From IMG/VR virus record IMGVR_UViG_3300010389_000001, positions 62,001-126,000 of that record: DNA of 64,000 bases; one strand, 5' to 3'. Position 1 is the first letter of the stretch, and every line of letters begins with the position of its first letter. The notes below the pieces were generated by a model. It saw only the letters and a program-made list of their open reading frames with translations. It had not been told where the DNA came from and made no database searches. The translations under genes and the position numbers were made by a program. This document shows positions 26,092-35,637 of the stretch, piece after piece.

Positions 26092-28484
26092 GTTCTAGCG
26101 TCGAAATCAAAACGGACGGATGCAAGTCTCTTTACCTTGATATAAAGACCACAGGTGTAGAGTTTGAGGCTTGGAATCAAGATTATCCAGAAGCGGAACT
26201 CATTACGATGTGGTTTGATCTGAAAGACAAGGAAGATCGAAAGGCAATCAAGAATCTTATTTCACATCTCCAGCATCAGTTGCAGGTTCATGAATCACCT
26301 CCCTATTCTACCTGTCCTTCCTGTTCTTGGCTAAAAAGAGAGCGAGGTGTTGAGGCCTGTGAGGAGCATAGCAAATGATTGGAACAGCAAAGAGGCTTGT
26401 TGAATGTCGCTATTTCCGATGGCTTCCGGGTATGCGAGACTTGGGCGGAAACTTTTATCTTGGGCAAAGAGCAAATGCACCAGAAGGCGTTCATATGTGG
26501 GCCGGTTTTGATAGGGGAAGTTGGGAGTGGAACGAAACAGAGTTTGGACTACCAGACCTTGAAGATCCCGCAACCCTTGGGTGCGTTCTTGCTTTGGTTC
26601 GCAACGCTTGGAAAGACGATGGTATTGCGTGTGTAACGGGTTCTTACACCGCAGAGTCAGGTTACAGGTTTCGCATCATTGGTGGAATGCGCCAAGATAC
26701 AAAGTTCTTTATGATGAGCCAAAAGCATTACCTTTCAGAAGGCGAGGCACTTGTTGCTGCTTTGGAGTTGGCAGGATGACTAACGAAGATTTCAACAAGA
26801 ATATGAGCAGAATGTTCTTTCGTCTTGGAAATGCTTTCCGCGATGTAAGAGACAATATGATCGAAAACTTTGGAAGAGAAAACGATACATCAGAACTTCT
26901 CTTTCGCCTTGAAGAAGTTTGCGATATTATGATTGAGCATTATGGGGAGGAAGAATGATTTCTCTTTACGGAATCAGGGAAGAACATGAATATGGTTACG
27001 GCGGCTGGACAGGAAACCGAGAGACTATCCGAGAGCTTGTTGCTACTTTCGATGAAGTTCAAGATGCAAAAGACTATGTGAAAAACTCAACGCTTGCAGC
27101 AGCAGATAAGCCCTACTTTCGTGCTGATCCCATTTCGGGAAAGTTTAGATATAGAAAAGGTTCTTTACTTCGCCATTATGAAAGCTGCGAGATTGAGATT
27201 GAGGAAGAAGAAAACCCTCCTCCTCATAATCCGATAATGCCAAATGGAGACTATTAATGAAACAAGATGCTGCATACATCAATTCCTACAATGCCGGATA
27301 CCACAGAGGTCTAAATACTGAATACCACGATATTCCAATCAACATTCTTTTCACTAAATGGATTGCTGATGTTCGCAGACCAGCATCAGAGGCACTTGAT
27401 ATTGTTGCTTTTGAGAAAGGCTTCAATGACGGCATAGAAGATTATGAAGATTCTCTGAAAGAATTCGGAGACGGAGCAGCAACTACAGCAGGTTGGGAGA
27501 AAAAATGAAAGAAACACTTGAAGACTTTATGAAACAATTGCACCACAACCACACCTCATTTGAGGAATTGGCTCATTGGTATCATGATTTAGAAAAAGAA
27601 TGTGCAAACCTTAAAGAGAAAAACGAAAAGATGTTTGAGGTCCTAAGGATTATTTGGGATGCCGATGCACTTCAGCAGTGGGCTTGGGAAGATCCTGATG
27701 ATGAAGGTTCAATTGCTGACTTGGTTCGTGAAGTTGTGAGAGGCAAATAACAATGGATATTAGACCAGAAAACAACAAAGACACTTTTCGCGGAAGAGGC
27801 AAAACCATCGAGGAGTTGAGAGATCAAGTTAATTTCTTAAATGAAGAACGAGAGCGCTTAATCAAGAAGCTTGAAAAGATCGAAAATCTTTCTCGGTACG
27901 CTTGGGAACAAGTTAGCAGAAATCCGGAAGAAGCAGTAGAGCTTTTTAGAATGATAAACTTTGAGAGTAAGTGATGAACGATTATTTTGAAGATCTATCT
28001 TACGAACTAAGAGAAGAGGTTAGCGATCTAAAAGAACAACTTGGCGCTCTAAAGTCTATTATTCGCCAAACCTACAAGGCGATTGGCTGCTCTGACGATA
28101 TTATCGAAGGAGAAGATTGGGGAGGTTTGCCTTCAAGGGTTGCTTGTCTCAAAGCGGCTGTTGACCTATCGATTCAGCGAGGAAAGGAAGCTGAGAAAAA
28201 TCTTGAGATCTATCGACGGATTGATCAGTTGGAGTCAATTGTAGAGTCTGTGCTTGATGATAGAGATATTGAGGACTCTTACTACGTTTTGAAAACAGAC
28301 TATGACGCCTATCAAGAAGAGCATTACGCGATCAAGCACGACCGTCCTCACAAGGAAGTAGGAAGAGGAAGGGCGGCGAAGGTTCATAGAGTTCCAACTG
28401 CTGACGAGATGGTTGCGTCTCAACAAATGACAGCACCAACAAGGCTGGAAATTGAATGGAGAAACATTCAAAAGGTGAATGAGA

Positions 28485-28709
28485 ATGAGTAACTATCAAC
28501 TATTGCAAAAACTCAAAAAAGCGTTTGAAAAAGCCAAGAAGACCGACCGTTCTTTTGAAAGAGCCCTGCATTTCAGAGGGGATATGTTCAGACTTGAAGA
28601 AGAGTTGTTTGAAGCACTCGGAGCAAAAGACACCTCAAAGTGGTATGACTGCGCTCATTGTGATGCCGGATACCCAGACCAAGAATGTACTTGTGAGAAC
28701 GAAGAATGA
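28485..28709 (+). CDS. Small protein, paralogue of 30567
   Basis: AFEKAKKTDRSFERALHFRGDMFRLEEELF; Cys-rich tail. Confidence 0.65.
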   Translation: MSNYQLLQKLKKAFEKAKKTDRSFERALHFRGDMFRLEEELFEALGAKDTSKWYDCAHCDAGYPDQECTCENEE

Positions 28710-29523
28710 AATGGCTCTTTGCACACTTTATATTTCTGCCCTTTATTTGGATCATGGATAAGCTTGGAATTAGGCCATAGGTGAAAGATGACACGTAGAG
28801 AAATTATTTGTGTGATTACTGGTGCTTTAATTGTGGTAGTCCCACAGTGGATCAGCGTACTTTGTCAATTGATATTGTCGTAAAGGAGAGCAAAAAAAAT
28901 GAAAAAGTGGGCAGTTTATCAATCGCGTTCAAAGTATGATCTCTCAAAAGGTTTTCGTAAGAATCCAAAAGGTTATGTGATTGCGGAGACTGAGGACGAA
29001 GCACACGTTGAAGTGGGCAAATATATTTTTATTCCAGATGGCTATTGGGCCAAAGTTGTCGAGGTGGAAGAATGAAGGTTCGCATTGACTACTCACACTA
29101 CGTTATTGTAGATGTGCCGGACAGTATCATTAAACAAGATGAGAACGGATATTATGGCGATTTGCCATTTGAGTTTGATGAAATGTTTGAAGTTCTAAAG
29201 GCCCATGTCCCAGAGGGGGCAGAGGTAGAGGGTTGGGAATATCCAGACTTGTTGCCAGAGGGTGGAGAATGAAGGATGGTGATTTCTACAAATTTAACTA
29301 TGACTTCAAGCCATTTGTTACTTTTTTTCAGTCAAAAGTCGCGAATCCTGACGCGATCTTTCTGTACTTGTTTAACAACAGGTTTCGTGTGAATTATACA
29401 CATAATAAGTCCGAAACAAGAGAGACAGGCTTTTACTTTCATGTCTTTATGCCAGAAAGCTGGTACTTACAGGTCTGTTTTTGCAATCACAACTTTGGAT
29501 TTACTTGGTAAGGAGAGCGAAGA

Positions 29524-29916
29524 ATGAATGGTAGTATTAACGTAACCCATCACCCGGAACATAACTTCACAATTTATCGTGGAAATTCTGGCACAGGCAA
29601 AACAGCGCTATTGGCAGGTCGAGCAACTCAAGCAAATTGGCATGGCAAAAAGGTGCTGTGGCTTTCTACTGATATTGCAAACGATCACATTCGTAACATT
29701 GCAACTGATTGCATTAGGGTTTATGATCTGTCAACACTGCGTCAAATTATGGACAGCGATCAGTTTCATCTTTATGATATGGTTGTATTCGATGATATTG
29801 GGCGATTGGACGTTCCCATGGATATGCTAAGTGCTCAGTGCATTGCAGACTTTCGCAGTCGCAACAAAAGGGATGGGCAAGTTCGATTGTGCTCGCTCAC
29901 GGTGAGGAAAATGTAA
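29524..29916 (+). CDS. Small P-loop NTPase-like protein
   Basis: GNSGTGKT Walker A, MVVFDD Walker B-like. Confidence 0.6.
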   Translation: MNGSINVTHHPEHNFTIYRGNSGTGKTALLAGRATQANWHGKKVLWLSTDIANDHIRNIATDCIRVYDLSTLRQIMDSDQFHLYDMVVFDDIGRLDVPMDMLSAQCIADFRSRNKRDGQVRLCSLTVRKM

Positions 29917-30566
29917 TGAATTATTATGTAGAAGAAGAGGCCAGTAAGGCTGGCTATAGGCCTATTGAACAAGATGAGTGGGAAGAAGTTGTTTCAGAGG
30001 GCTTTATTTACAATGATGTAACCAAGGTAGGGTTTAGGCGATACAGAATTGTTGAATTAAATGAGCGATGGTATTGCTGGGTTACTGAACCCCGTTATGC
30101 TCAGCCTGCTGATCCTAAAACATGGCACACTTGCTGGGAAATTGATTCAAAGATTGAGATTAGCATAGAAGGCTTTCAGCGCTATCGAAATTTTTTTATT
30201 GAGATAGAACAGCTTATTAGTGATAAATAACGAGGTCATTGTGAATTTTTCCGTAGAAGAAGAAGTCCGCTCCCTTATATTAGGTGAGCGATTTGCTGGT
30301 GAGTTTCAGGGCGTCTCTTACGAGGTAAAGATTTGTTGGAGCGAAGACTGGACCGTAAACGTTGACCTGTTAAAATTTAAACCGCGCATGGGTTCGCACA
30401 CACATTTCTGGCTGAGTAAAATTACAAACGTGATTATCGAAGAAGTTCTTTACGATGCTATCTACGAACTTCCAGAAGTAGTAGATTTTCAAAAGCGGAT
30501 TGATGCTATGCGAGATGTTGATGAAGATGTTTTGGATAGCATTATTGAAAAGGTGGAGAACGAAGA

Positions 30567-30734
30567 ATGAAACCACCTGACCTGACTCTTTTAATCATGG
30601 AACTCAGAGAAGCATTTAGAGAAGCCAAGAAGTCTGATCGCTCTTTTGAAAGAGCCCTGCACTTTAGGGCTGCTATGTTTCAACTTGAAGAAGAGTTGTT
30701 TTTATTTCTTGAATCTATGGAGAATGAAGAATGA
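30567..30734 (+). CDS. 55-aa protein, paralogue of 28485 (not in the ORF track)
   Basis: AFREAKKSDRSFERALHFRAAMFQLEEELF; junction repeat on both sides. Confidence 0.7.
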   Translation: MKPPDLTLLIMELREAFREAKKSDRSFERALHFRAAMFQLEEELFLFLESMENEE

Positions 30735-31401
30735 AAAAGGTATCTGCAACAATTACTATTGATGTTGCTGCATGGGTAAAGGACAACTATGATACTGATG
30801 AGCTTATCCAATATCTCAAGTGCTACTATGATGGCGCTGTGCCAGATGGCTGGCTCCATGAGATTGAGGAGTTGGAAGGCAAGCAAACAGTATCTAATGT
30901 TGTAGTGGAGAACGAAGAATGACTAAAATGAAGAAGAAAAACAGAATGGGAGCACAGACAGAAGAATACATTTTTATTCTAAAGCACCAAAAAACGATGG
31001 GCGAGGACGATCAATTTTTCTGTGTTCAAGTGCAAATTGAAGGCGGTCGACCTGACTATGTCCAAGAGATTATTGACAGTGTAATAGAAGACTTAGAGGC
31101 TAAGCATAACGCATCCGTTCTCTATTGCACAAATCTAAACTGTGTAGAATATTATCGTGCAGAAACAGGCATTAGATTAATTGAAATGTAAAGCGTAGGG
31201 AGTAAAGAATGAAAGTCGGCGATACTGTAAGGCACATTCCGCTTTCAAACGGCGCCTCTCTGGGTAACGGAGAAGTCCTGAGAGTCGGAAGTGATAAGGT
31301 CGAACATGATGTAGTTCTCGTAAACTTTTATGATTACGATGGGAAGCTGCCAGTTCGATGGATGCTCCCAGAGACCATTGAGTTGGTAGACAGTCAGCGC
31401 A

Positions 31402-31722
31402 ATGATTGAAGAAGAGGAGATTGAGGCGGCTCTAATATTGCTCGAAAGATCTAATGATGTAAGAGTTAGGGATAGAATAGCAATGGATCTTTGCGAAATG
31501 CAGGTCGAAGAGATAGTCCCTGTTCTAACGAGGGTGTTGCCCCAGCAAAGAGTTATTGGAAAGAGGTCCACGCTGATTTATGCTCTAGGAAAAATTGAGA
31601 GAAAAGAAGCATTTACTCCAGAGATTATCTCAGTCCTTCGGTACATCGATGAAACTGACGAAGGTGGAGCCGGCGCTGAAGCTGAGATTATCCTAAAAAG
31701 ACTGCGTGAGGATAAAGAATGA
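31402..31722 (+). CDS. HEAT-repeat-like protein
   Basis: VRDRIAMDL...VPVL...LIYALGKI pattern. Confidence 0.55.
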   Translation: MIEEEEIEAALILLERSNDVRVRDRIAMDLCEMQVEEIVPVLTRVLPQQRVIGKRSTLIYALGKIERKEAFTPEIISVLRYIDETDEGGAGAEAEIILKRLREDKE

Positions 31723-32224
31723 ATGAAAATCTAAGTAAGATGTACCGCTACTTAAGAGAACATAAAGTCATTGGCGAAGAGCAACTCAGAGAGCTTGAGT
31801 CGATGGGTATGATTCCAAGAGACAAGCTTAAGGACAGAGCCTATTACAGAGGCATCTGCCGAAACACCAGCATTGCTATGTGGGTGGAAAGTCCAGGCTG
31901 GCCTTCAAAGGATGAATTGCCCTCCCCAAATCTAGACAGAGGGCCTTGCTTTTATCATATGAGGGAGAAGGCAAATGTAATCTATGTAGAAACGATTAAC
32001 CATCCAGCCGATGATGATGGCTTTGATCTTTTTATTCCGGTTGAAGAATTGTTGCCATATGATGAATAAATATTATATTGAAAAATATAGTTGCTTAAAA
32101 CAAAAGATTTCATATTAAAATCTATCACCTTATTACTTTTTGAGCATGGGATAAGAAAAGGCTTTCTGACGAAGAAGGCTTCAAAGAGGGCGGAAAAAGT
32201 TATTCAGACTATTAGGAGCAAGGT

Positions 32225-32809
32225 ATGAAGCCGGAGCTAGACGAAAAGCTGGTAAAAGCTTTTCCAAATCTTTACTCAGATCGTTATATTGGAAATAAGT
32301 CTAGCGGAATGCGCTGGGGCTTTTCTTGCGGAGATGGATGGTTGGATATCATCTGGGATTTAAGCTCAAAGCTTGAAAAGATAATAGAAGATTATATTCA
32401 AGAAAATCCAGATATGTCTTGTGCAAATTGCGCTTGTTCTAAAGCTAAGCACTATGGCTCAAAGACTATTTCTCCCGGTAGGTGTCTTTCGATTCATATA
32501 GACCCAGAATCAGAAGGAGAGCCTCCAGAAAATTATTATGCTTGTTTCTGCGATAAGTACAGGGGAGATTACCCAAGGGCGCTACAAGTAAAGGAGAAGT
32601 TTGGTGGCTTAAGATTTTATATGACATCAGCAAGTGATCAAATATATGATCTTATTCGAAAGGCAGAAGAAGAATCGTATTCAACTTGCGAATATTGCGG
32701 AAGCAATGGAGAGCTAAGGGATACTCGCTGGAGGAGAACCCTTTGTGATGACTGCTATTCAGAGCAGCTTGGGGTGCAAGCCTCTGATGATGGCATAACT
32801 GTTAGGTGA
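32225..32809 (+). CDS. Conserved phage hypothetical protein
   Basis: CGDGW, QVKEKFGGLRFY, CEYCG...LCDDC. Confidence 0.65.
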   Translation: MKPELDEKLVKAFPNLYSDRYIGNKSSGMRWGFSCGDGWLDIIWDLSSKLEKIIEDYIQENPDMSCANCACSKAKHYGSKTISPGRCLSIHIDPESEGEPPENYYACFCDKYRGDYPRALQVKEKFGGLRFYMTSASDQIYDLIRKAEEESYSTCEYCGSNGELRDTRWRRTLCDDCYSEQLGVQASDDGITVR

Positions 32810-32815
32810 CCGATC

Positions 32816-33313
32816 ATGGAAGATGACGTTATAAGAATAGCTTTTTATAAAAATGGAAGAGGCCTAGTCCATAACGTTGTTAGGTGGTATACGAATAGCA
32901 AATATTCACATGCAGAGTTGATTATGCCAGATGGCACAACTTGGATTACAATAAGTCCATTTTATAATTCAAGAGTTACTCCAAGAATTGTAAGCGAATA
33001 TGATGAAGATAAATGGGACTTTATAGATCTTCCGCTAAGTCAGAGAGATCCCGTTAGAGAATACCAAAAAATAAACTTGGTTAAATTTATAGAGGATACT
33101 TCTGGAGATAGATACGACTGGCCGGGTATGTTGCTTTCAAATCTAACTCCCTTTAAAGTTCGTAGGGCAAACAGGTGGTATTGTTCCGAATGGATTGCTT
33201 ACGCCCTTATATACTCCAGAATAATAATGTGGGATGAAATAAAAATGTACAACGCACCGGACATGAGTCCCGGAAGGTTGCACGGTCTATTGAATTCTCT
33301 AACCGCCAAGTAA
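32816..33313 (+). CDS. Permuted papain-like (NlpC/P60, YiiX-like) enzyme
   Basis: YSHAEL (His) precedes WYCSEW (Cys); YDW motif. Confidence 0.75.
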   Translation: MEDDVIRIAFYKNGRGLVHNVVRWYTNSKYSHAELIMPDGTTWITISPFYNSRVTPRIVSEYDEDKWDFIDLPLSQRDPVREYQKINLVKFIEDTSGDRYDWPGMLLSNLTPFKVRRANRWYCSEWIAYALIYSRIIMWDEIKMYNAPDMSPGRLHGLLNSLTAK

Positions 33314-33562
33314 CGGTTGTCAAAGTTAATTCTGAACGAGGCAAAAAAATATGATAACCAATAACTAATGGGGTAAGATAAGGTGTTGACTAACATCGCC
33401 ATGTGTTTACTATGGTTTTGGCCAAGGGGCCGAGAGCAAAAAAATCGGGCAAAAGGTTTACATAAATACCGGCGCTTTTTAAGAAGCCGCGCGATAATGC
33501 GACAGTATTAAAAAAATATTGATAATTATAGATAAATAAAGTATATATAAGATGAAGGTAAT

Positions 33563-33886
33563 ATGGATTTTGTTGATCTTGTAATATTCCTCCTGGTATC
33601 AGCCGGGGCAACTTCTGGAGTTGTAGGAAGCTCGCTTCTTGAGCCGGTAAGATTTTTTATATTTTCTAGATCAGATTTTCTAAAAGAACTTTTGAGCTGC
33701 CCAATGTGTACCGGACTTTGGGTTGGAGTATTCTTTTCTGCCTTCTTTGGCATGAATCCCGTGTATGCCGGCTTGTCCTCAAGTCTAGTTAGTTGGCTTG
33801 CATATTCTTTTGCTGATGCATTAAACACGGTTACTTTTTATTTTGAAACATTAATTGAAAAAGAGGAATCAGATAGCGATGACTAA
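33563..33886 (+). CDS. DUF1360-like membrane protein
   Basis: Hydrophobic helices with ELLSCPMCTGLWVG. Confidence 0.65.
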   Translation: MDFVDLVIFLLVSAGATSGVVGSSLLEPVRFFIFSRSDFLKELLSCPMCTGLWVGVFFSAFFGMNPVYAGLSSSLVSWLAYSFADALNTVTFYFETLIEKEESDSDD

Positions 33887-34409
33887 AGATGGAAACCTAA
33901 AGGCAGAGGCGGTCAGAATATCAGTTCCAGGCAGAGTCTGGGATTTGCTGTGGAGGGACGATGAGTTTTACAGAGAAGTTTCTTCAAACAAAAAGGTATC
34001 CTCGTCTGGAAAGTTCCCTAGATGCGACCAATGGTGCGATTCAGATGGCTTTCATATGGCCTTCGCATTAGCCGGATACAGCCCTGGCGATATTAGCATT
34101 AACGTTCGTGGTAACGAGGTAGAAATTAGGGGCTTTTGCGAAAAGCTCGGAGAAGCACTCGGCGATTCTAGTGATCGATCCGTGCCTTCGGATGAAGAGG
34201 ACTATCCGGCGCTAACTCCGACCGTTGCCGTGCAAAGAGGCATGATACTAAGAGGAATTGCCAGGAGAAATTTTCAGGCAAAATATTTTATTCACACTTC
34301 ATTTGATCCCTCAAGTATGCGGGCAGCGATGGTGAATGGCTTACTTGAAATAGTCATTCCCGCAAGAGATGAAGTTCAATCTGTAAGCATAGATATATTG
34401 GAGAAGTAA
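33879..34409 (+). CDS. Small heat-shock protein (Hsp20)
   Basis: FALAGYSPGDISI, RGIARRNF, AAMVNGLLEIVIP. Confidence 0.85.
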   Translation: MTKDGNLKAEAVRISVPGRVWDLLWRDDEFYREVSSNKKVSSSGKFPRCDQWCDSDGFHMAFALAGYSPGDISINVRGNEVEIRGFCEKLGEALGDSSDRSVPSDEEDYPALTPTVAVQRGMILRGIARRNFQAKYFIHTSFDPSSMRAAMVNGLLEIVIPARDEVQSVSIDILEK

Positions 34410-34678
34410 TGTCTAACCCAGTTTTTAAAGATTTAGAGCAAACGCTTAGAACCTTAGTTCTATCGATTATAGACAGCCAAGATCTTCTTGAAGTGGAGAC
34501 GCAGGAGGTTGATTCCGGCGTATCCTTTGAGGTGAAGGTCGGCGCAGAAGATGTTGGAAAGATCATTGGTAAGGGCGGAAGAATCGCCAGTTCAATAAGA
34601 ACTGTAATGAAGGCCGCTGGAGCCAAGCTGTCAACGAAAGTTATGGTAAGCATTTCTAATAAGCCAGCTGGAGACTAG
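34409..34678 (+). CDS. khpA: KH-domain RNA-binding protein (KhpA-like)
   Basis: EDVGKIIGKGGRIASSIRTV. Confidence 0.88.
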   Translation: MSNPVFKDLEQTLRTLVLSIIDSQDLLEVETQEVDSGVSFEVKVGAEDVGKIIGKGGRIASSIRTVMKAAGAKLSTKVMVSISNKPAGD

Positions 34679-34680
34679 TC

Positions 34681-35058
34681 ATGGTTGAATGGCAGGATAG
34701 ATGCAAAAAATATCCAGGCATAGTTTTTGGCGAAGCTTTAAGGAAAGCTAGAAAGAGATCACAGAAAAGAAGAGTTCCGTTTAATATAGATAAAGATTAT
34801 CTTATTGATTTATTTGAAAAGCAAAACGGAAGGTGTTATTATTCCGGATTAAATCTAAACATGGTTAAAGAAGACAGGCTTATAAACGACCCGATGAAGA
34901 TGTCGCTAGATTGCATTGATCCAGACAGGGGCTATACAATCGGCAATGTTGTTTGGTGCGCGTATTGCGTAAATGTATTTAAGCAAAAGATGTCAGTAAA
35001 CCAAATGATCGATATATGTGGCGGAATAATCAAGACCTCGGCAGTCGGAAGGTCTTAA
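34681..35058 (+). CDS. HNH-type endonuclease
   Basis: QNGRCYYSG, SLDCIDPDRGYTIGNVVWCAYCVN. Confidence 0.8.
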   Translation: MVEWQDRCKKYPGIVFGEALRKARKRSQKRRVPFNIDKDYLIDLFEKQNGRCYYSGLNLNMVKEDRLINDPMKMSLDCIDPDRGYTIGNVVWCAYCVNVFKQKMSVNQMIDICGGIIKTSAVGRS

Positions 35059-35061
35059 GCT

Positions 35062-35283
35062 ATGGCTGAGGAAAAAGAAAAAAAGAAAGAGAAGATAAAT
35101 GAAGCTCTCTTGAGAAAGATATACAAGATATATGAAAACTACGGGATTGATCCGGAGGGACTAGACGAGGGAGATATAAGCATAGTATATAATTTCTATC
35201 ACAGGAATCCGGATAAACTTGAGTCAGATTATAATAACTCAAGAAATCTTCCTGTAAAATTCGATGAAGAAGAAATAATATAA
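35062..35283 (+). CDS. Small hypothetical protein
   Basis: 73 aa, GGAAGG upstream. Confidence 0.5.
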   Translation: MAEEKEKKKEKINEALLRKIYKIYENYGIDPEGLDEGDISIVYNFYHRNPDKLESDYNNSRNLPVKFDEEEII

Positions 35284-35347
35284 TTGCTATTAATAAAATA
35301 TAATACATTGACTAGCACGCACACGCGCGTGTACGAGTGAGAAAATT

Positions 35348-35632
35348 ATGATAAACAAAAAAGAACTAGCTAAAAGAATCTCGAAGAAGACTCTTCTGAC
35401 TCAAAAAGAGTCTTTGGATATTTTAGAGGTAGCGCTAGAAGAAATAGTATCTTCGCTCGAAGAAGGCAATGAAGTTTCCCTTGTTGGTTTTGGAAAGTTT
35501 TACCTATATGAGCACAGCCCAAGGCCGGTTCGAAACCCAAAAACTCAAGAAGAAATGATGCTCAAGACTTATAAGTCGGTTAAGTTTAAAGTCAGTGAGA
35601 AAATAAAGAAACATTTTAAAAATCTTGAGTAG
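35348..35632 (+). CDS. HU/IHF-family DNA-binding protein
   Basis: NKKEL, VSLVGFGKF, RPVRNPKTQE. Confidence 0.92.
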   Translation: MINKKELAKRISKKTLLTQKESLDILEVALEEIVSSLEEGNEVSLVGFGKFYLYEHSPRPVRNPKTQEEMMLKTYKSVKFKVSEKIKKHFKNLE

Positions 35633-35637
35633 ATTAA

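Larger units (their letters stand above)
23538..30922 (+). repeat. Dispersed 15-nt junction repeat GAGA(A/G)(C/T)GAAGAATGA, 6 close copies
   Basis: 23538, 28695, 29513, 30556, 30720, 30908; looser copies at 26944, 29061, 31198, 31708. Confidence 0.8.
22967..32069 (+). other. Accessory array of about 34 short, translationally coupled ORFs
   Basis: Likely starts include 22967, 23200, 23346, 23549, 23746, 24084, 24298, 24872, 25168, 25488, 25711, 26088, 26375, 26776, 26955, 27257, 27505, 27753, 27971, 28485, 28899, 29072, 29269, 29524, 29916, 30220, 30567, 30731, 30919, 31209, 31402, 31719; many overlap by ATGA/GTGA. Confidence 0.8.

Noticed and set aside
23538-30922. CRISPR array or integron attC sites
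   Set aside because: The repeats are 15 nt, non-palindromic and separated by whole genes; no cas operon or integrase; the Cas4-like nuclease is a typical stand-alone phage enzyme.
33314-33562. Replication origin in the AT-rich intergenic gap
   Set aside because: No iterons or DnaA-box cluster seen; only a possible TTGACT-16-TACTAT promoter.
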